A stretch of DNA of 6,246 bases, taken from positions 1-6,246 of the IMG/VR virus record IMGVR_UViG_3300007505_000491; one strand, written 5' to 3'. The DNA is from a virus. Positions 1 through 5,502 of this stretch are shown here, piece after piece (position 1 is the stretch's first letter; every line of letters begins with the position of its first letter). The notes under the pieces are model-generated. The model did not search any database, had not been told where the DNA came from, and was given only the letters and a program-made list of their open reading frames with translations. The position numbers were made by a program, and so were the translations under genes.

Positions 1-50
1 GACTGCCTCTTTCCAATTTGTTGCTACAGGCACCAGCAAAGGGACGGCGG
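1..50. repeat. Terminal direct repeat, copy 1 (overlap of a circular contig)
   Basis: gactgcctctttccaatttgttgctacaggcaccagcaaagggacggcgg at 1-50 is identical to 6197-6246. Genes read through the junction sensibly: the endolysin RBS AGAGG lies in the repeat, 5 nt upstream of the ATG at 6196. Confidence 0.95.
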
Positions 51-73
51 GGGAAACCCCCACCGTCCTTTTT
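42..73. terminator. GC-rich hairpin (12-bp stem, AAA loop) flanked by A5/T5, between the last structural gene and the endolysin gene; possible bidirectional terminator or ssDNA structure
   Basis: ggacggcggggg (42-53) / aaa / cccccaccgtcc (57-68), then ttttt (69-73) on the plus strand. The single C48-A62 mismatch on plus becomes a G-U pair in minus-sense RNA. On the minus strand the stem is followed only by CUUUG, so it is a weak terminator for the coding strand. It sits 24 nt downstream of the stop at 92-94. Confidence 0.4.
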
Positions 74-91
74 GTGCCCTTTACCCGGGGG

Positions 92-655
92 TCAAGCGCT
101 GGCGCCCTGCTCAGGCTCTCCCTGATCGTCAGAGGCTTCCTCACTCTGCTCCCTTTCTGCGAGCAACTCGTCGAGTCGCTGATTGGTCCGCGCAAGCAAC
201 GCTTCGAGCTCGTCCTGACGACTTGGCACGCCGCGTTGCAGTTGTCGCTCCAGCGTCTTTCGGACGTTATCACGGTGAATAATCACCTGCATGGGGTCGT
301 CCATCAGATGCCCGGGCTTCTCGAACGACACAAAGGAGACACCTACCGGCGCTTCTTGCTGATGCGGCTCACGCTCGTCATAGACCCAACAATCAACGCC
401 CTTGGCTGGCTCCGGCCATACGGCCAGCCCCATGCCATGCCGCACCTTGACTTTATGGTCACCGAGCGGCAATGCGCCAATGAGGAATGGTTCCCCATCC
501 AATTCGCCGTCGGCACTGAGCGTTGCGGCGTACATCAGCACGTTGCCGGTGCACATGACCCGCGACTGTATCGCCGTCGGGCCGTCTGATGGGTACGCAA
601 GCGGGCTTTCGGCTGTGAAACGCCGCCAAAACTGCCTGTTTTCGTAGTTTATCAT
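92..655 (-). CDS. Hypothetical 187-aa protein directly downstream of the capsid gene; beta-rich N-terminal part, helical and very acidic C-terminal tail (possible scaffolding or other structural protein)
   Basis: The ORF track gives 92..661, but that start is GTG. An in-frame ATG at 655 is preceded by GGGAGAG (GGAG plus 7 nt spacer), which begins right after the capsid stop TAG (667-669). The C-terminus is ...LDELLAEREQSEEASDDQGEPEQGASA. I recognise no family motif. Confidence 0.7.
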   Translation of the reverse strand: MINYENRQFWRRFTAESPLAYPSDGPTAIQSRVMCTGNVLMYAATLSADGELDGEPFLIGALPLGDHKVKVRHGMGLAVWPEPAKGVDCWVYDEREPHQQEAPVGVSFVSFEKPGHLMDDPMQVIIHRDNVRKTLERQLQRGVPSRQDELEALLARTNQRLDELLAEREQSEEASDDQGEPEQGASA

Positions 656-666
656 TTGCACTCTCC

Positions 667-2277
667 CTATAGTGGTGCGTTTTGCTCGCGAACCTTGTCG
701 TAGTTCGCTTCACTTTCATGCACTGCGCCAACTAGCGTCAGCCCCGTGACTGTGATCCGCCCATTGAACGACATGATGAACTGATCACGGGACTGATCAT
801 AGAACGGCACTGTCGACAACGTGGTGGAGACATAGAACTCTTCCGACAGTGTCGGATTCGCTACGTCGGTGGGCCAAACAACTTTTCGGGCCTCAGTTGT
901 GGCATCCGAGGCCGTATAGACGAACAAATCCCCGCCCAGACGCGTGGGCCACTTGAGCCAACGCCAGTTGCGCCGCGCCCAGCCAAACAAACCTTCCTTG
1001 TTTGTGTGGCTGATATCCACGTCACCGTTTTTGACTTCCTCAACCGGCATCGGATTGTTGACGTCTTTATAGTAATTTGGCAGATCGTCCACGCTTGTGG
1101 CGGTGAACCACGGATCCGGCTGGCGCTCGAACAACTGCTCAGGCACAATTTCAGCAAACATCATAATGACGCCGCCATACATATTGGCTGGCAACGAGAC
1201 GTTCACGGACCCCGCAGCCACGCCATTCGTTGCATGCTCATTCAAGTCGGGTGCATTCGTGGCATAGCGCAAGCCCTGCTTAAACGGCACCGTCACCTTA
1301 GAAAGCAAGTGCGGCTGCATCCAGTCTAGATCACCGACATTGAAGCCCGACATGAGGGTATCGATAATCCACTCGTCTGAGTGGCCTTCATATCGCTCGC
1401 GCAACTTGGCCCATGAGACGAGCTTGCGGGCCTGTTCCAGATTGGCGAGCGATACCTGAATACCGTTCTCCGCCATCTCGCCATAAATTTCCGGCGAGCC
1501 ATTCGTACCGTTACCACGCACGAAAATGCCACCAGTCGCGTCACTATCCTTGGAGGACCATCCATAGGCATAATTCAACGGGTTTGGATTTCCCGTCTCT
1601 ACCACGCCGTTGATTGCCTTCTTGACGCCATTGGTTGCGATACCTCGCACCTTAATGGGCTGGGCAATCACCGTTAGCGGTACTTCACCCGCTATCATAC
1701 CCTCGTCAAACGTCGGCACAATCTCCGACATATTATTTTCGTGCCAGAACGCCGGAGCGAGGCTCCCGTCGAGCGGATCGCGCTGATCCAGCGACTTGGA
1801 ACGGTTCATAGCGAGCCAGTTCCACACGGTGTTATAACTCTCCAGAGGCGACGTATTGACCTGCTGGGTCGCTGGCGCGAACAGCCCCAACGCCTTATAC
1901 ACCGCGTTAGCGCCAGCGGTTCCGTATTGATGCGTGGCAATATACGGAATAACCGCCTTGCCGGCCATCGGCTCAACGCCCTGATACGACTTCTGCACAA
2001 ACATCGGATTCTTTTCGAACCGCGCGAGCGCCGAATGCGGGATGAAATACGTCGAGACCGTCGCGAACGTCTTGTTTATCAATAGTTCCTTTGTTTCGCG
2101 CATTTCAATAGCAAAAGGAATACTGCCCTGCGAGCTATCCTCGCGGAGCAGATTATAATAAGCCACCGGCATAAACCTTCCCGGCTTCAACGTTGTTACC
2201 CCGCGCAATGCAAATGTGCGGGTTTGCCGTACCACTGGTACGGGGTTTGTATCCATACGACCGCTGAGAAGCGACAT
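667..2277 (-). CDS. Microviridae major capsid protein (phiX174 F / gokushovirus VP1 family), 536 aa
   Basis: It is the longest ORF. The ATG at 2277 is preceded by GAAGG plus 7 nt. The size and sequence pattern are typical of Phage_F capsids, e.g. TLKPGRFMPV near the N-terminus, ESYNTVWNWLAMN, and ANLEQARKLVSWAKLRERYEGHSDEWIIDTLMSGFNV (the conserved R.Y/...fG block). Confidence 0.93.
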   Translation of the reverse strand: MSLLSGRMDTNPVPVVRQTRTFALRGVTTLKPGRFMPVAYYNLLREDSSQGSIPFAIEMRETKELLINKTFATVSTYFIPHSALARFEKNPMFVQKSYQGVEPMAGKAVIPYIATHQYGTAGANAVYKALGLFAPATQQVNTSPLESYNTVWNWLAMNRSKSLDQRDPLDGSLAPAFWHENNMSEIVPTFDEGMIAGEVPLTVIAQPIKVRGIATNGVKKAINGVVETGNPNPLNYAYGWSSKDSDATGGIFVRGNGTNGSPEIYGEMAENGIQVSLANLEQARKLVSWAKLRERYEGHSDEWIIDTLMSGFNVGDLDWMQPHLLSKVTVPFKQGLRYATNAPDLNEHATNGVAAGSVNVSLPANMYGGVIMMFAEIVPEQLFERQPDPWFTATSVDDLPNYYKDVNNPMPVEEVKNGDVDISHTNKEGLFGWARRNWRWLKWPTRLGGDLFVYTASDATTEARKVVWPTDVANPTLSEEFYVSTTLSTVPFYDQSRDQFIMSFNGRITVTGLTLVGAVHESEANYDKVREQNAPL

Positions 2278-2399
2278 TATTTAACCTTCTTGTTTGGAAG
2301 CATACGCTTCACAGTGTGCTTGATTTGCGTTGCGACTGCAACCATTTTCTCTTGACGGCGTTTGCAGCCATCACAGATTTTAGGGATACGGTAGCTCAA
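2277..2399 (-). CDS. Small highly basic peptide (~40 aa from TTG; 22 aa if from ATG at 2345), positional analogue of the phiX174 J / gokushovirus VP8 DNA-binding protein
   Basis: The TTG at 2399-2397 overlaps the pilot-gene stop TGA (2398-2396) as TTGA, with GGGAG 9 nt upstream. The stop TAA overlaps the capsid ATG as TAATG (2275-2279). The product is (M)SYRIPKICDGCKRRQEKMVAVATQIKHTVKRMLPNKKVK, rich in K/R with a CxxC. The start codon is uncertain. The GTG start at 2477 in the track would overlap the pilot gene by 82 nt and looks less likely. Confidence 0.4.
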   Translation of the reverse strand: MSYRIPKICDGCKRRQEKMVAVATQIKHTVKRMLPNKKVK

Positions 2400-3301
2400 T
2401 TGAGATAACTCCCGACATAGCCCCAATCGCCAGCCTTGCGACTTTCGATTTCTTGCAGTTGCTGCCGCAAATCCCACGCGGCGTCACTTTCTGCCGCACC
2501 ACGCGCCGCCGCTTCTTCAAGGGCCTTATTCCGGCGGCCCCAATCTTCTATGGCGGCGAAACCGCCAAACATGGCTTCCAAGGCAAATTTGCCGCTTGCC
2601 TCCGCAGCGGCCTTAGTACGGGCCTGACCGTCATTGCCCAAGATTGCCAATCTTTGTCCAGGCGAAAGCTGGTCATACTTCGGACCGAAGTACATACGGG
2701 CCGCGTTGTGCCCAACGTCCTGCCCCAGCACAGCAATGCCGTGGATCGCCGATACCAGATCACCGTATCGCGTTTCGCCATCCTCGGCGTTTGAGGTATT
2801 TGGCTTTGCCAGCCAGTCAAACCCACCAAACGCCAAGTCCATTGGCTTGTTTGCCATCGCATTGCCGAATGCGCCGGAAAACACACCAGTCACCGCGCCA
2901 GTAGCCTTCGACGCGGGGCCGGTGTTGCCTTGCATGGTGCCCGCCACATGCTGCGCTACGCGCTCCGCGCTGGCGCCGCGCAACTGTGCTTGCACACTGT
3001 CGGGTAGGCGCGACACCAGCTCGCGCACCTCCGCTGCGCTTCTTTGGGTGGACGACCCACTTTCGGTAGCGCCCAGATTGGCGGCGCGCTCGCGCTGCAA
3101 GCGCTCATTGGTCGCGCCCGTGATATCACCAGCGGCGCGCCCATTATTGAAGTTATCGCGCCACGACTGCTGTTCGAAGGCGCTTAAACCCGTCACCTGC
3201 TCAAAATAGGACGGCTCCTTATAAGAGCCGCCCGTGCTTTTCGTTTGCTTCTCGGCGCTCGACTTGCTCGCGCTCTTTTCTTTGCTGGCTTGCTTGCTCA
3301 T
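2396..3301 (-). CDS. Minor capsid / DNA pilot protein (VP2 / H-like), 301 aa
   Basis: The ATG at 3301 overlaps the stop of the upstream 56-aa ORF as ATGA. The protein has a Lys/Ser-rich N-terminus, long Gly/Ala-rich central stretches (GAVTGVFSGAFGNAMAN, AMFGGFAAIEDWG) and helical segments. Size, composition and position next to the capsid gene are typical of microvirus pilot proteins. The assignment is by composition and synteny only. Confidence 0.7.
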   Translation of the reverse strand: MSKQASKEKSASKSSAEKQTKSTGGSYKEPSYFEQVTGLSAFEQQSWRDNFNNGRAAGDITGATNERLQRERAANLGATESGSSTQRSAAEVRELVSRLPDSVQAQLRGASAERVAQHVAGTMQGNTGPASKATGAVTGVFSGAFGNAMANKPMDLAFGGFDWLAKPNTSNAEDGETRYGDLVSAIHGIAVLGQDVGHNAARMYFGPKYDQLSPGQRLAILGNDGQARTKAAAEASGKFALEAMFGGFAAIEDWGRRNKALEEAAARGAAESDAAWDLRQQLQEIESRKAGDWGYVGSYLN

Positions 3302-3468
3302 TTCTTCGCAAATCTCCGCGTTACCAGATCGACGGCGACGAACACCGCCGCCGCTACGCCATAGCCGATCATATTTGCATGATCAGCGGCAATTCCGTAC
3401 ATGGCGATATTACCGCCGATGAACGTGCCGAGCCTTCCGATTAGCGGCTCGGCAAAGTTACGCCACAT
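3298..3468 (-). CDS. Small membrane protein, 56 aa (candidate holin or membrane-active lysis/entry factor); absent from the supplied ORF track because it is under 60 aa
   Basis: My own translation is MWRNFAEPLIGRLGTFIGGNIAMYGIAADHANMIGYGVAAAVFVAVDLVTRRFAKK. The ATG at 3468 is preceded by AGGAGA plus 5 nt, the same RBS geometry as the Rep gene. The stop TGA overlaps the pilot ATG. There are two hydrophobic segments followed by a basic C-terminal tail. Confidence 0.6.
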   Translation of the reverse strand: MWRNFAEPLIGRLGTFIGGNIAMYGIAADHANMIGYGVAAAVFVAVDLVTRRFAKK

Positions 3469-3477
3469 GGTTATCTC

Positions 3478-3726
3478 CTATTTTCTACACCACGGATTGA
3501 ACTTCTTTAGACCGCCCCCGCCGCCGCTACTAGGGCGATTATCTTTGGGGCGCTCTGTGCAATGCCGGGCGCGTGGCGCATCCGGCTTTGCCTTCTTAGG
3601 CAAGACTGCCTTCGCTGTAAAGGCCTCTGTTACGCGCACCCCCCTTGTGGGAATGCGCTGCTTGAGTACATCCCTAAGAGGGTCTGTTACCCGCGTCGGC
3701 TCTGGAACGGTCCGTGTATCACGCAC
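3478..3726 (-). CDS. Basic ~82-aa ORF after and overlapping the Rep stop (position analogous to gokushovirus ORF5/VP5); start uncertain, and the frame stays open upstream to a TTG at 4032
   Basis: The frame is open for 184 codons (track ORF 3478..4032), of which about 80 lie beyond the Rep stop. It contains no ATG. A GTG at 3726-3724 overlaps the Rep stop (GTGCGTGA) but has only a weak GAGAC RBS. The product is Arg/Lys/Pro-rich (…AKAVLPKKAKPDAPRARH…SSGGGGGLKKFNPWCRK). The stop TAG is embedded in the RBS of the next gene. Confidence 0.3.
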   Translation of the reverse strand: MRDTRTVPEPTRVTDPLRDVLKQRIPTRGVRVTEAFTAKAVLPKKAKPDAPRARHCTERPKDNRPSSGGGGGLKKFNPWCRK

Positions 3727-4972
3727 CGTCTCGTCGAGGTCCGAGCCCGTCGTCTCTGAGAGAGAACGCGCCGGGCCACGGGAAATCCCATGCGTTTCGT
3801 CTCTGGACGGGGATCGAGAGATAACTTCTCTCTGCACTCCGCCAGATACGTTCGAGTTCTTCGAAGGGCTTGGCCCAGAACTCGGCCTCGGCGAGGCCGG
3901 TCGTCCAGAGGACGTATTCGAAGAGGCGTTTGTCGTTGTATTCGGGGATGTGTCCTTGTCCCGATTGTTCTTTGCCAAAGTACTGTTTCTCCCATGTAGC
4001 AAGATTGCTTTCGCGCTTGAGTTTAGCAACAATCGCTTGTTCGTTCCAGTACTCTCTCAAAGTTTGCGGACGCTCCATTCTGGCGCGCTTCGCTTCCCAT
4101 TTCGCGTCCTCCTCCCGCTCTTGGGTATCGAGCGGCGTCAGATATTCCGAGCGCCCGATCCGCCCAAATCGCTGATACCCGCCTATAAGATCGCTCTCGG
4201 GTATCGGCACGTCGCCATAAAGGCGCTTCCATTCGGCGATGAACGCCTGAACATATAGCTCCGAGACTTTTCCGCGCATCATAAAGCGCTTCATCTCTTG
4301 CTCCCCGTTATACTTCACCACAGGAAACCTGTATGTGAGGTCGCGTGGCGGTACGCCCGCCAGCGCGCAATCTCTTGCGAGGCCCGTCAAATATTCCGTG
4401 CCTAGTGGCGGGTCTTTGGACATTAGCACCTTTATAGCGTTATTCGGATCATCCTGATCCTTGAGCATATATTTCAGCGCATAACGCACATGAGCGTACT
4501 GCGCTTGTTTGATGTGCACATGTCCTATTGGTTGACCATCCGCATATGCCCATTCTGGGATATGCACCCCGCCGATACGTTCGTATTCATCGTCGGGGAT
4601 TTGTGTGAATTTTTTCCAGTCCGGCAGTTTAGAGCCGTAGAAGTGAAAGATACCGTGCCAGTGAGCGCGCCCGAAGGTCGAACCGTATTCACCGGCTATC
4701 ATATACCGGACGTTATATCCGAAGCGCTTGGAGCGCATTCGTTTGCAGAGCTTTTGCATATCGCTCGCGAATAGCATCACACTATGGAGATGGTCTGTTA
4801 AGCCCTCCCTGCTTTTCCCATACGACAAGCGCAGGGAATAACTCGCCGTGGAGGTCATTGTTTCGGCAATGTTGCGCCCGCACCAATCGCTCACGCGATT
4901 GTCAAGACATTGCCAGCATCTACGACACCCGACCGTCACACCGTTAGCTAACAGGCTTGGACTAACACACAT
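3719..4972 (-). CDS. Replication initiation protein, HUH rolling-circle endonuclease (gokushovirus VP4 / phiX174 A family), 417 aa
   Basis: The ATG at 4972 is preceded by AGGAGA plus 5 nt. The N-terminus MCVSPS...GCRRCWQCLDNRVSDW is the Cys cluster typical of VP4-type Reps. Motif I-like is SYSLRLSYG, the HUH motif is RAHWHGIFHF, and the double-Tyr motif is VRYALKYMLKD (YxxKY). Confidence 0.93.
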   Translation of the reverse strand: MCVSPSLLANGVTVGCRRCWQCLDNRVSDWCGRNIAETMTSTASYSLRLSYGKSREGLTDHLHSVMLFASDMQKLCKRMRSKRFGYNVRYMIAGEYGSTFGRAHWHGIFHFYGSKLPDWKKFTQIPDDEYERIGGVHIPEWAYADGQPIGHVHIKQAQYAHVRYALKYMLKDQDDPNNAIKVLMSKDPPLGTEYLTGLARDCALAGVPPRDLTYRFPVVKYNGEQEMKRFMMRGKVSELYVQAFIAEWKRLYGDVPIPESDLIGGYQRFGRIGRSEYLTPLDTQEREEDAKWEAKRARMERPQTLREYWNEQAIVAKLKRESNLATWEKQYFGKEQSGQGHIPEYNDKRLFEYVLWTTGLAEAEFWAKPFEELERIWRSAERSYLSIPVQRRNAWDFPWPGAFSLRDDGLGPRRDGA

Positions 4973-5084
4973 TGATTTCTCCTATGGGAAAGTGGGAACC
5001 ACGCAATGATTGCCTCGCCTACGTAACCTACTACATTCACGGTCGTGTGTCACTAGATGCATTCAACCGCAAGGAATGGGGTGC

Positions 5085-5118
5085 AAAAAAGCCCACTTCT
5101 AACGAAGTGGGCTTTTTT
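5085..5118 (-). terminator. Rho-independent terminator (bidirectional by symmetry) ending the endolysin / tRNA-like transcription unit upstream of Rep
   Basis: The minus strand reads AAAAAA-GCCCACTTC-GTTA-GAAGTGGGC-TTTTTT. This is a perfect 9-bp GC-rich stem with a 4-nt loop and a U6 tract, 25 nt downstream of the CCA of the tRNA-like element. Confidence 0.85.
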
Positions 5119-5143
5119 GCCTCAGACGCCGTATGGCTTAATT

Positions 5144-5247
5144 TGGTGGACCGGGCAGGGGTCGAACCTGCGCGTGCTCCCTCCGCTGGATATACCAGCA
5201 GACGCCGAGAACGGGTTAATAACCCTTCACGCTCCTCTTTCCGGTCC
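5144..5247 (-). ncRNA. tRNA-like element (104 nt) with encoded CCA; acceptor/T-arm mimic lacking a canonical anticodon loop
   Basis: On the minus strand, GGACCGG (5247-5241) pairs 7/7 with CCGGTCC (5154-5148). The T arm is GCAGG-TTCGACC-CCTGC (5171-5155), followed by discriminator A (5147) and CCA (5146-5144). The interior 69 nt hold hairpins GGGTT-ATT-AACCC (5225-5213) and UCUGCUGG-UAUAU-CCAGCGGA (5202-5182). There is no 7-nt anticodon loop, no U8 and no G3-U70. Confidence 0.55.
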
Positions 5248-5502
5248 ATAGGCTAAGGGCTACGCCCTCGCGTCGTTCAAATTGTGGCTCCTCGCCATGC
5301 TCGCCCAGGCGCTTCGCTCTTGGGCTGTGCGTGGCTCCGGTGCCGCTACGCGAATTTGCACTTTGCTACCCCTTGCTCGGCGCAAGCCATTCCCCGGCCA
5401 ACTATGTTGGCCGAGGATGGGCTTAACTTACGATGTACACGGCCACAAATGTTATTGCCAGAGCAAGTAACAGACCGTGGAACATGCCGCTGAGAAGCGG
5501 CA
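5248..5502 (-). other. Structured non-coding region between the 69-aa ORF and the tRNA-like element (candidate origin / leader / att region)
   Basis: No convincing ORF is present. The hairpins are 5484-5503 (7 bp, at the stop codon), 5392-5416 (11 bp, loop AUA in minus sense) and 5255-5269 (6 bp). The last two each contain a pair that is G-U in minus sense but an A-C mismatch in plus sense. Confidence 0.45.

Noticed and set aside
861-2000. Minus-strand and plus-strand ORFs nested in the capsid gene (861-1157, 1326-1571, 1806-2000, 1413-1613).
   Set aside because: They are alternative frames of a strongly supported 536-aa gene. Their composition is Arg/Ser/Cys-rich, with no RBS and no sign of independent function.
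2277-2477. Full 66-aa ORF from the GTG at 2477, as listed in the track.
   Set aside because: It would overlap 82 nt of the pilot gene with no RBS. The shorter TTG (2399) or ATG (2345) starts fit the coupling pattern better.
3401-4258. 285-aa plus-strand ORF, plus other plus-strand ORFs (74-589, 1006-1329, 1741-2085, 2634-3209, 5636-5992).
   Set aside because: All are antisense to well-supported minus-strand genes. Their products are low-complexity Arg/Ser/Pro/Leu-rich sequence typical of GC-rich antisense frames, they lack RBSs, and microviruses encode genes on one strand only.
5025-5053. Sigma70-type promoter for Rep: GTGACA-N17-TAGGTT on the minus strand, about 46 nt upstream of the ATG.
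   Set aside because: The -10 matches the consensus at only 3 of 6 positions. No independent support exists, and host promoter rules are unknown. It is kept only as a place to look. TTGAAC-N19-TAGCCT upstream of the tRNA-like element is likewise too poorly spaced.
5144-5247. Canonical decoding tRNA, including type II, selenocysteine or intron-containing variants.
   Set aside because: At 104 nt it is too long. There is no 7-nt anticodon loop with U33 and purine 37: forcing one gives GUAUAUC with anticodon AUA. There is no U8 and no standard D stem-loop. No UCA or other plausible anticodon is presented.
5284-5338. Direct 8-mer repeat gtggctcc (5284-5291 and 5331-5338) as possible iterons.
   Set aside because: An 8-mer recurring once within about 250 nt is close to chance expectation, and there is no third copy or extended similarity.
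5144-5502. Complete tmRNA (ssrA) gene. The 3' end GCAGGTTCGACCCCTGCCCGGTCCACCA resembles tmRNA termini, the block is about 360 nt, and AACGACGCG at about 5262-5276 recalls the ANDxx tag start.
   Set aside because: The partner of the 3' acceptor strand lies only 104 nt away and gives A3-U70, not G3-U70. There is no GGGG...UUCGACG 5' domain. The only tag-like frame ends ...NDARA-stop rather than a hydrophobic AA-stop. No coding piece follows the CCA, as a permuted alphaproteobacterial gene would require. It is still worth a covariance-model scan.
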